Source: Octopus sinensis
Lineage: Eukaryota
Length of the DNA: 64,000 bases
Direction of reading: 5' to 3'
Assembly: GCF_006345805.1 (NCBI RefSeq)
Contig: NC_042997.1
Span: forward strand, 203,422,001 to 203,486,000
A program made the translations under genes and the position numbers. This document shows, piece by piece, positions 51,747 through 62,928 of this stretch (position 1 is the stretch's first letter; each line of letters starts with the position of its first letter). The notes under the pieces were generated by a model. It searched no databases. It was not told where the DNA came from and was given only the letters and a program-made list of their open reading frames with translations.

Positions 51747-52160
51747 CAAATAAACAGACAGATAGACAGACAAATAGATAGATATATACACACACACATA
51801 CATATATAAAGATAACTATTTGTTCATAACATTAAGCATCATACAAGCATATAAAGGAAAGTTTTGGGCAAGCCATAATTTATAACCACTATATTTCAAT
51901 AACCATCATCATTTAATATATATTTATGTTGTTATACTTCTGTGTGTATTTCTATTAACTATGTATGTTTCAATAAATATTATTTATTTAGAGACAACAG
52001 TTATCATTAACTAAGTCTATTATTTCAATAAATATACTCACTCTACATAATACACTGAATACCCTTTACTTTTCTCATGAAACCACTTAAAAATCAAATA
52101 TTTCTTCCTATGTGATATGACATACCTTGTACCTCCTGGAATAATGTGATATTTTATTAG

Positions 52161-52266
52161 AATGCTTTTACAATATTGCTTCAGCAACAATTCACTAATA
52201 AAAACCAACCATGCAGATAAATGGAGAAAATTTCAGAGACTAGCTTCACTTGTTGAAGAATTCAAG
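52161..52266 (+). other. Candidate 106-nt coding exon of an unidentified host gene
   Basis: TTTTATTAG acceptor and AAG|GTTTTA donor. Frame MLLQYCFSNNSLIKTNHADKWRKFQRLASLVEEFK, phase 2-0. Confidence 0.25.
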
Positions 52267-52620
52267 GTTTTATTAACGAAACCAATCTAATATTTGTAAT
52301 TTTTATTATCATTCCCCTTTTTCCCACCACCATTGATTACCAGTGACATTGTGTTATGCTGATACTAACTTTCATCTGAGAGGCATTCCTTTCTCTGTAT
52401 AAGATCCAAGACTGTTTTAGGATTTGTCCATGAGAGGATATTTAGCTGAGAATTAGGATTAGTATGGTTGAGTGGTTAAGAAGCTTGCTTCCCAACCACA
52501 TGGTTTTGGGCTCAGTCTCATTGTGCGACACCTTCTACTATAGTCTAGGGCTGATTATTTTTACATAATTTAGATGACAGTTTATTCACTACACTCTGTA
52601 TATATGTGTGCGTGTGTGTG

Positions 52621-52651
<31 letters not shown>

Positions 52652-52659
52652 GGAGCTGG

Positions 52660-52846
52660 CCGAATCGGAGCGATATCAGGATTAATCAGCCGAAATTGCT
52701 AAGATGATCCGGTTCCCGACTGAAGATTAGAGGCTTCGAATGACCCGTCTGTTTTTTGTGTCGTCTCTTTGTGTGTTTTGCGTTCTTGTCCCCTTTTGTA
52801 ATTTTTATACATATATTATTGCGGCGTAATGTACCCCTTTCTCCTG

Positions 52847-52850
<4 letters not shown>
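52660..52850 (+). mobile_element. TA-terminated repeat, possibly the end of a Penelope-like element; second copy at ~28290-28410 (-)
   Basis: The two copies share CAGCC-RAAA...CGGTTYCYGA-CTGAAGA...GGCT...GAATGAC...GTCTGTTTT; both end in (TA)n. Confidence 0.5.
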
Positions 52851-52923
<73 letters not shown>

Positions 52924-53280
52924 TTGAGCGTGGCCGATGCCAGTGCTGCCTGGCTGGCACCTGTACTGATGACATGTAAAAAGCACCATTAGAGCATGAC
53001 TGATGCCAGTGCAGCCTAACAGGCACCCATGCGGATGGCACGTAAAAACCACCATTTGAACATGGCTGATACCAGTGCCACCTGACTGGCTCTCATGCCA
53101 GTGGGACATAAAAGCGCCCACAACACTCTCAGAGTGGTTGGCATTAGGGAGGGCATCCAGCTGTAGAAACCTTGCTAAATCAGATTGGAGCCTCGTGCAG
53201 CCTCTTGACTTGCCAGTTCTCAGTCAAACTGTCCAACCCATACCAGCATGGAAAGTAGACGTTAAACGATGATGATAATG

Positions 53281-53320
<40 letters not shown>

Positions 53321-53589
53321 GCGCCCTTTTTAAAGCCTTCCCTGGCTCATGGGCCCAGTTTCCCGGTTTCTATGGCGTATGTGTTCCCCAGCTGGATGGG
53401 ATGCCAGTCCATCATAGCGTTATTCATTTTTGCCAGCTGAGTGGACTGGAGCAATGTGAAATGAAGTGTTTTGCTCAAGGACACAATGCGTCGCCTAGTC
53501 CAGGAATCGAAACCACAATTTTATGATCTTGATGCTGACACCCTAACCACTAAGCCACGCGCCTCCACTATATATATATATATATAATA

Positions 53590-53830
53590 ATAAATATTAG
53601 GGAATAAATCCAAATTTACAGGGAAAAAATCAGATTTAGGATTAAATCCAATTTTATAGTAAAATATTATAAAATATTATTAGAGACAAAACCACTATTT
53701 TGCAAAACAAACAAGGAAAGACTTAATCAATACATAAAATTTTAATAAATAGTCAATATTTATTAAAATTTTATGTATTGATTAAGTCTTTCCTTGTTTG
53801 TTTTGCAAAATAGTGGTTTTGTCTCTAATA

Positions 53831-53840
<10 letters not shown>
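53590..53840. repeat. Perfect palindrome (84-bp arms, 5-nt spacer) plus a left extension, between two (TA)n tracts
   Basis: 53668-53751 pairs with 53757-53840; spacer GTCAA. Confidence 0.93.
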
Positions 53841-53873
<33 letters not shown>

Positions 53874-54010
53874 GGGAAAACAAATTTCCAAATCAATCAT
53901 GTACAACCCTTTAGCATTGCATGTACCAGCATATCATACAGTGGGGTCTTGATTATCATATGTTTATATATTTATCTAGAAATATACAAAATATATAATA
54001 GAAATCAATA

Positions 54011-54218
54011 ATAATTCAGTTTTGGGGATTAATAGATATGCGGGTGTGCTATTTCAGATAATATAAAAAAAAATAACCTAATGAGTATATCTGAAGGTAA
54101 ACTCATCATGTGCCAATAGATACGAGTTTACCTTCAGATATACTTATTAGGTAATGTTTTTTTTGTATTATCTGAAATAGAATACCTGCATATCTATTAA
54201 TCCCCAAAACTGAATTAT
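54011..54218. repeat. Imperfect inverted repeat (~94-bp arms, 19-nt spacer) ending in (TA)n
   Basis: 54011-54104 pairs with 54124-54218 with a few mismatches. Confidence 0.9.
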
Positions 54219-54225
54219 ATATATA

Positions 54226-54550
54226 TCTCGTCTGGCACCTGTCGGTGGCACATAAAAACACCATCCGAGCGTGGCCGTTCGCCAGCCTCGTCTGGCACCT
54301 GTGTCGGTGGCACATAAAAACACCATCCGAGCGTGGCCGTTCGCCAGCCTCGTCTGGCACCTGTGTCGGTGGCACATAAAATCACCCACTACACTCTCGG
54401 AGTGGTTGGCGTTAGGAAGGGCATCCAGCTGTAGAAACACTGCCAGATCTGACTGGCCTGGTGCAGCCTTCGGGCTCCCCAGACCCCAGTTGAACCGTCC
54501 AACCCATGCTAGCATGGAAAGCGGACATTAAATGATGATGATGATGATGA

Positions 54551-54552
<2 letters not shown>
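54226..54552 (+). mobile_element. Young RTE 3' UTR copy with about three ~59-bp tandem units
   Basis: Three GGTGGCACATAAAA cores, then the GAGTGGTTGGCGTTAGGAAGGG...GATGATG end. Confidence 0.88.
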
Positions 54553-54592
<40 letters not shown>

Positions 54593-54594
<2 letters not shown>

Positions 54595-54794
54595 TCTTTA
54601 ACTCTTTTATTTGTTTCAGTCATTTGACTGTGGCCATGCTGGAGCTCTGCCTTTAGTCAAGCAAATCGACCTCAGGACTTATTCTTTGTAATGCTAGTTC
54701 TTATTCTATCAGTCTCTTTTGCTGAACCACTAAGTTACGGGGACGTAAACACACCAGCATCGGTTGTCAAGCAATGTTTGGGGGACAAACACAG

Positions 54795-54825
<31 letters not shown>

Positions 54826-54981
54826 CGATGGGTTTCTTTCAGTTTCCGTCTACCAAATCCACTCACAAGGCTTTGGTCAGCCCAAGGCTATAATAGAAGA
54901 CACTTGCCCAAGGTGCCACGCAGTGAGAGTGAACCCAGAACCATATGGTTGGTAAGCAAGCTACTTACTACACAGCCACTC
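54593..54981 (-). mobile_element. OK-like SINE copy
   Basis: Reverse complement of the full family sequence. Confidence 0.88.
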
Positions 54982-56789
54982 ATATATGTATATATAAAAT
55001 GGCAAGTTCAGGGTGAATAATCCAGGATCCAATCTGATTCCAGTTTATAACCTTAGATCATCAAGATTAGAATTTAAATTTACCCCTCTATCCCTCTAGA
55101 ACTAATATTTAATTACAACTGTAGCCACACATAGAACTTGCATACCAACCCAAGACATGTATTTTTGTCTTGTTCTTTTAATACTTTTGAAAAGGAGTCT
55201 CTTACACAAAATATCAGGGCCAATTATATATTTCTAAAGTATCTTCTTAATAACTTTATTATTATTATTATCGTTATTGGTGTCACTGTTGTTGTTGTTA
55301 TTGATGTTTAATATAACGATTACTGTACCCTTCTACAACCCACCGTTTTCAACAAATTAAGTTATATATTCATCAGTTTAAACATATTAAGTGAAAAAAA
55401 AATGATCCAAATTCAGGACTATTCTTCCTTTCATCTCAGAAGAAACAAAATATTCAAATTAGATATGAAAACTGCATTTATTAAAGGTGTTTATCTTTAT
55501 TAGTTTTAGTATTTCTCAGAATATCATACAAGAGAATTACTTACTATTTCTGTAACACTAGCAAGAAATTGTTGGAGATACACACTTAAATTTTCTGGTT
55601 TCATTGAGCCCAATGTTAGATATTCTACCTTTAATTTCCCATGGTAGTTGTCTACCTCTTTAGCATGTTTCTACATAGTTCTAATTATGGCAATGCACAG
55701 AGACAATTCCAAGTATCTAGAACATTTCTTATATGAAGTACCTAAGATTGCAACAAAGAATAAAATATGCAAAAGCTACTTCAGGTGAGATGAAGTATTT
55801 ACCAGAATAATCTCTCTTGTGACAGCTTCTTTTGCCTAAACAAGCTTTTTTCTTTTTGTTAGTTATTTCTTCATATGACATTAATGAGAAACTCCATTAT
55901 TTCACAGGCATTATACTTAGTACCAGTAAATGTTCAGAAAGAATTTTCAGTCAAGAAAATAAATAATCTTTTTGGAACTATTCTGTAGATTTTATTGTAA
56001 TATATTATTCTCATTTCTTTTTAAACAGAGAATAAAAGATAGGACATATATTATAATTACCGATTCTGCATAGGATATATTTATGTGCAACAACAATGAT
56101 GCAATATATGTATATTATCAAATAAAAATATGCAATATATCATTGCTGTTATCATCAATTAGAATCTGTTTCCTATGCTGGCATGGATTGGCTGGTTTGA
56201 CAAGAATCTAGTGAGCCACAAGGCTGCATCATGCTCCCGGTCAGCTTTGACTAAATGTTTTTCCTTAAGCCACTTCAACTAGGTGCTTCTTTTCATGCCA
56301 CTGGTTAGACGGGGTTACCAAGTAACTTGCAAGATGGAAAGATAAGAAATGGAGAAAGGCAAGCAAAAGTCTCTTGAGTAAGTGGGGTGGGTGAGAGGGT
56401 GGAAAGGATGCATAAATATATGTACATAACCCCTATCACTAATCCACTCCCTTTTCCTTGTCCCCTGCAATACTCCTGTGATACTCTCCCAGTTAGTCAC
56501 CACAATATTATTCTATTAATCTCTTCTTTACTATATTATCACAACTATAAAATTGTTCCTTTCATCTTACCATTTCTCATTCCTTCATCTAGAATCATCA
56601 CTTTTGACCTTTACCCTTGAAAGTTAGGAAGTGATCTTTACCAGTGCTGATGACATGGAAAAAGTACCCAGTGCATTCTGTAAAGTAGTTGACATTAGCT
56701 CCTGTCAAACCATCCAACACATACCAGCAAGAAGAAAGGGCAGTAAATGATAATGATGATGATGATTGTTATTATTATTGTTATTTTGA

Positions 56790-57500
56790 TTTGGCTCAGG
56801 TTTGGTCTTATTCCTAGTAGGAATTATGTGAATAGTGGGTTACTTACCTGTAACTTTGGGTATCCACAAGTTTTTGGCAGTCTTTCAAGTCCTTAGAACC
56901 CTCCTGATAATCCTTGCTGTACCTAAGAGACAAACTTTCTGTAGAAGCTCTACCGGGTATTCTATTTCAACATCCTTCAGCCATTTGTCTATATTTTGGT
57001 TTTCTGTTCCCAATACACCAATTATTACAGGCACAACCTTAACTGTTCATATGTTCCAAATTTTCCCTATTTCAAACTTTAAGGGATTGTATTTTTTTGT
57101 TTGTTTTTCTTCCACTTTCTTTACAATCCTGGAATCAAATGGACATGATGGATCGATAAGTAAACTTCACTTTTCCTTATCTACAAACATTATGTCTGGT
57201 CTATTATTTTCTAATTTCTTGTCCATTTGAATAGGAAAGTCCCACAAAATCTTACATTTCTCCGACTCCAGTACTCTTTCAACTCAATGATTGTACCATG
57301 TGTTTCCAGCTTTAAATCCCCATCTCTGGCACAGTTTCCAGTGCATAACTTTTAAAACCTGGTCGTGCCTCCATTTCCCATTTTCTTCCTTTTGCTAACT
57401 TGGGGCATTCTTCCACAATGTGTGCCACTGTCTCATTCCAGATTCCACAGGCTCTACATTTTTCTGACACATTCTCGCCATATATATTTTTTCTCAAGTT
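56790..57500 (-). mobile_element. 3' fragment of an R4/Dong-like RLE non-LTR retrotransposon (second family)
   Basis: CRACGIWNETVAHIVEECPKL (CCHC knuckle), ILWDFPIQMDKKLENNRPDIMFVDK, IDPSCPFD and LLQKVCLLGTARIIRRVL. The 3' flank is (TAA)-like. Confidence 0.88.
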
Positions 57501-58394
57501 GTTTACATTTATTGATGATGGTGATGATTAAAAGTGGTGAGCTAGCAGAATAGTTAGCACACAGAACAAATTGCTTAGTAGTATTTCTTCAAGATTTATG
57601 CTCTTAGTTCAAATTCTGTCATGGTCAACTTTGCTTTTCCTCCTTTTGAGGTTGATGAAATTGTAACTATGCTAATTCCAAACCCCATTTTAATATCCTT
57701 TTATTGTGGCAGCCATGTGATGTTGTAAAGAAGCCATTCTCCACACCTCATTACTCAGTTGCAGCAAAATAAGGTACCAGCCAAGTACTACGTTCTATGC
57801 AATTTACAGATTCCTTTCCCCTGAACTTACTGACTTTGTGCTAAAATTTTAAATCATCATTAGGATGGCAAGCTAGCAGAATCATTAGCATGTTGGACAA
57901 AATGCTTAGCAGTATTTCTTCAAGCTCTTTACATTCTGAATTCAAATTCCAATGAGGTCAGCTTTTCCTTTCATCCTCATGAGAAAATAAGTGTCAGGTG
58001 AGCACTGGGGTTCATGTAATACACTCATCCCTTCCCCTAATATTGTTGGACTTGTGCCAAAGTTTGAAGTCGTTTAAGGTGGCAAGCTAACTGAATCATT
58101 AACACACCAGGCAAAATGCTTCGTGACATATCATCCATCTTTATGTTCTGAGTTCAAATTCTGCTGAGGTCAACTTTGCCTTTTATCCTTTCTGAGTCAA
58201 TAAAATAAGTACCAGTTTAGTTCTGAGGTCAATGTATTTGACTTATCCCCTCCCACAAAGCTGCTAGCCTTGTACCAAAATTTGAAACCATTATTACTTC
58301 TTTTACTGTTGGATTGCTTTTTACAAATAGAGGCCAACAACGAATTTCTTGGACTCTGGATTTTTAACTTATACAGTCTGAATATGACTCCCTT

Positions 58395-59440
58395 ATCATC
58401 GTCATCATCCTCATCGTCATCATTTAATGTCTGCTTTCCATGTTGGCATGGGTTAGACAGTTTGACTATGGACTGGCAAGCCGGGAGGCCGCACCAGGCT
58501 CCAATCTGATCTGGCAATGTTTCTACAGCTGGATGCCCTTCCTAACACCAACCACTCCAAGAGTGTAGTGTGTGCTCTCTACGTGCCACCAGCATGGGAG
58601 CCAGTCAGACAGCACTGGCATCGGCCATGTTTGAAATGGTGCTTTTTACGTGCAACCAGCACAGGGAGCTAGTCAGGCAGCACTGGCAACAACCCATGCA
58701 TGCATGGTGCTTATTGCATGCCACCAGCACGAGAGCCAATCAGGCAGTGCTAGCATTGACCACAACTACAGTTTCCATTTGATTGTGATTTGATTTGATT
58801 TTGATTTTGATTTTACTTAACTCAGTAGATCTCCTCAAGCACGGCATGTCGCCCGAAGATCCAAAGGTACTTTTTACGTGGGCTGGTTTTGTGATACTGG
58901 TATAGGCTATGCCTGTGATCTCACTTTATTTGCACGAGTCTTCTCAATCACAGCATATCTCCAGAGGTCTCAGTCTTTCGTCATTGCCTCTGTGAAGCCC
59001 AATGTTCAAAGGTCATGCTTCACCACTTCATCCCATGGTTCCTTCCATGGTTCCTTCCACTGTTAGGGAGTGACACTTCTTCATACAGCTCTCCTCACCC
59101 ATACACAGCACATGACCATACCAGCGCCGTCATCTCTCTTGCACACCACAGATGATGCTTCTTATGTCCAACATTTCCTTCAGGGCGCTTACACTCTGAG
59201 CAAGAGGCCCTTTGTTACCAGCAGAAGTAGGAGCTTTCTGAACTTTGCCCAGGCTATTTTTATTCTAGTGGCAATGCTGTCTGAGCATCCACTCCCACTA
59301 CAGACTTGGTCACCTAGGTAGTAGAAGCTATCAACTACTTCTAGTTTCTCCCCTGGCATGTGATGGAATCAGTTTTCTGAACATCTGCAGTGTTTACTGC
59401 CCCTGTGCATCTGCCGCACATGAAAGCTATCTTCCCGGTT
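58395..59440 (-). mobile_element. 5'-truncated RTE-clade LINE linking coding C-terminus to the high-copy 3' UTR module
   Basis: Minus strand EKLEVVDSFYYLGD, RIKIAWAKFRKLL and LGFTEAMTKD*DLWRYAVIEKTR. These are followed by ACATGCCGTGCTTGAGGAGA, (AAATC)n, tandem units, the GGAAGGGCATCC module and the (ATG)n tail. Confidence 0.9.
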
Positions 59441-61037
59441 AACCTTCCTTTGATGTTGTTGCACCTTTTATGTGTCCATAGCTTACACTAGATACATCTT
59501 ATGGAGTTTCTACCTACACCTTTTCTACAGATCGAACAGAGCCATCTATCTCAGTTTCTTTATAAATACATTGTAAAAGAGAAGTCTTGAAAAGTCATAA
59601 ATAGATAAACAAAATTTTAGATAACCCATTTAGCTATCTCTGATGAAATGCAACACATTCTTAGAAGCTTAAGAAAATCCCTGTAGAGTTTGGTTCAGTG
59701 AAAAAATGCACTCTTAGAGAAATTGTTATAAAACAAAACATTGAAATCAAAGAAATAATGTGATGCTGAACATATGACAGAATGAAGCATGGAAACATGG
59801 CAGAGATTAAAGACTTTTTGTTTTCCTAAAAGGGTCCATAATATGGGATAATTTGCTATCGTGTGTAGAAGGTAGCTTATGGAAAGACATTATGCGGAAT
59901 AATCTGAAGGAAATGCATTATAATTATTAATAAAAAGGTTGGGAATTGTCAGAGCAGCTTGTAGATTTGACAGATAATCTATCGTCTGTGTAAAGAATTG
60001 AAGAGAATCTGTGAGGAGAGAAAGAAAGAGCAACAATATCCACAAACATCATCAGCAACATCAAAACCATAATGCAAAACATGCAAAAAGGCAAAATAAT
60101 TGCTTAGTAAATCTGAATTGGTTTCTACATTTTGAATCTATTTATCTATCACTCTCTCTCTTTCTCTCTTTTCTCTCTGTCTCTCTCTATTTATCTATAT
60201 AGATAAAGAGATATAAATGTGTGTGTGTGTGTGTGCACATATGCACAAGTGTGCATGCGTGCATGTGTATGAATACACACACACAAAAAAACAAACACAA
60301 GCATATAATATATATATGTGTAAATACATGCATTTTTATTTACATATCAATTTAGCTATATATATATATAAATGACTGGCCTGGTGCAGCCTTCGGGCTC
60401 CCCAGACCCCAGTTGAACCGTCCAACCCATGCTAGCATGGAAAACGGACGCTAAATGATGATGATGATGATGATGATGATATATGTATGTATGTATATAT
60501 AAGAAAAAAGAAAACAGAGAAATTGACATACAGACATTAATTTATTAAAACAAAACCAGTTTGTTTCGAACAATATCAAACTCATAGAACTTACAATTGT
60601 TTCCATGTCCAATTATATATATTTCATCATCATCGTTTAACGTCCGTTTTCTGTACTAGTACGGGTTGGACAGTTCGACTGAGGTCTGGGAAGCCAGGAG
60701 GCTGCACCAGGCTCCATATTTAGTTTCATTCTCTCCCTGAATTACCTACCTATTTATCTAACCCTTTCTCTCTAATTCTAAATTCAAATACATGTATTTA
60801 TATATATGTGTGTGTGTATATGTATGTGTGTGCGTATGTGTGTGTATGTATATATGTATTTGTGTGTATGTATATCTATCTATCTATCTATCTAAACAAG
60901 ATAGGAAGGGCATCCAGCCGTAAAAACCATGCCAAAACAGACTCAGAAGCATGGTGCAGGGCTCCTGTTAAACCATCCAACCCATGCCAGCATGAAACAA
61001 TTACATTAAATGATGATGATGATGATGATGGTGGTGG

Positions 61038-61080
<43 letters not shown>

Positions 61081-61088
61081 GATGATAT

Positions 61089-61122
<34 letters not shown>

Positions 61123-61143
61123 CATATATATGTGTATATGTGT

Positions 61144-61224
<81 letters not shown>

Positions 61225-62173
61225 TTCTTTAACAAGTCTACTAATGACAGTGAGTTTCAAGTTTCTGCTGCTATGTCATCATCAGAAAGTTTGATGGTGG
61301 CTTAACTGGCCAAAATTTCAAACTCACTGTCAATACTATTCTTGCAAAAGAATAATGATTTGCCCTCTAACAAATGTAGGGTGACCCTTTCGATTTATGT
61401 AGAATTGTTTTTGTTATAACATAAAAACAAACATAAATATATGTATGTATGTATTATGTATATATATGAATGTATGTGTATTACATATGCCATGTTAAAA
61501 GTTCCCAGTACATTCTGTAAAGTGTTTTGGCATTAGGTAGGGCGTCCAGCCATAAAAACTAAGCCTAATCAAACTGGAGCCTTGTGCAACTCTCTGGTTT
61601 GCCAGCTCTAGTCAAGCCTTCCAACCCATGCCAACACGAAAAACAAACGTTAAAGGATGATTATGATGATGATGTCAATGTGCACATGTGCATGCACACA
61701 CATGCACACAAGTACACATATTAAGATATACATTTGTACTCTCTCCTCCATTACAATGTATATGTGTGTGTCATCACTCATCTTTAATATGTATATATAT
61801 GTATGTATGTATATATGTATGTATGTATGTATGCATGTATGCATATATGTGTGTATGTGGTATGTATGTATGTATGTATGTATGCATGCATGTATGTGTG
61901 TATGTATGTGTGTGTATGTATGTATGTATGTATGTATGTATGTGTATCCATATACATACATGCATACATGATTCATTCACACATACATTCATTAATACAT
62001 GCATACATAATTTATGCATCAATTCTTTCCCACCATCATTTTAGACACACACTTACACACTTACACAAACATATACACATTTATAGAATGACATACATTT
62101 ACATGCCTGCATGCATACACACATGCATATGTTGATTGCCTCACATTTCTGGGGAAGTTATTACATATATATA

Positions 62174-62402
62174 TTTCTTTACTGCCCACAAGGGGCTAAA
62201 CATAGAGGGGACAAACAAGGACAGACGAAGGGATTAAGTCGATTATATCGTCCCCAGTGCGAAACTGGTACTTTATTTATCGACCCCGAAAGGATGAAAG
62301 GCAAAGTTGACCTAGGCGGAATTTGAACTCAGAACGTAACGACAGACGAAATACCGCTAAGCATTTCGCCCGGCGCGCTAACATTTCTGCCAGCTCGCCG
62401 CC
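62174..62402 (-). mobile_element. Young tRNA-derived SINE (third family; OR1/Meta-type by recall)
   Basis: rc GGCGGCGAGCTGGCAGAAATGTTAGC...CTGAGTTCAAATTCCGCC...CTTTGCCTTTCATCCTTTCGGGGTCGATAAATAAAGTACCAGTT; CpGs retained. Confidence 0.85.
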
Positions 62403-62431
62403 TATATATAATATTCAGCAGCTGAACTGAA

Positions 62432-62680
62432 ATGTCATCAAAGCACTACATAACCATGTGGCATGATATTCTTGTTAAATCAGTACACAATGCCATCTGT
62501 AGGAAGGGCTGTTCTGCGATAGATACTGAAAGTGCATCTGACAAAGAATATAAAATGTCTGTTGACACATTTCAACACAAGGAATATTGGAGGGATATCA
62601 TCAACCACCAGTACCTTCCTCTTGCCAAATATAAGCACAACAGTTCTAATATAGTTCTCTTGAATCATAATCAAAGCATA
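62432..62680 (+). mobile_element. Short diverged piece of the RLE-type LINE (RHD region)
   Basis: YITMWHDILVKSVHNAICRK...KEYWRDI parallels RHDVVARTLYNEICQK...KEYW at 26690-26820. Confidence 0.55.
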
Positions 62681-62893
62681 CTTTCTGTATTATTATTATT
62701 ATTATTATTATTATTTTAAATGTAGCTTCTCACTGGGGGGCTTTAAAGCTACATTTTTAAAGGTGATGAGCTGGCAGAATCGTTAGCACACTGGGCAAAA
62801 TGCTTAGCAGCATTTCATCTGTCCTTACGATCTGGGTTCAAATTCAGCTGGATGTGTACACACATACATGTGTGTGTGTGTGTGGTGTGTGTG

Positions 62894-62928
<35 letters not shown>

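Noticed and set aside
54040-54115. Minus-strand ATGATGA...GAAA within the 54011 foldback
   Set aside because: C3 is changed, there is a 10-nt offset before stem II and no stem I pairing.
60510-60625. Minus-strand CTATGAG...TTCGAAAC segment, similar to ~31400-31440
   Set aside because: The core is incomplete and stems I and III could not be built; possibly a repeat end but unsupported as a ribozyme.
61270-61305. SECIS-like hairpin (AAAG apical loop)
   Set aside because: It lacks the AUGA/GA quartet in the required positions.
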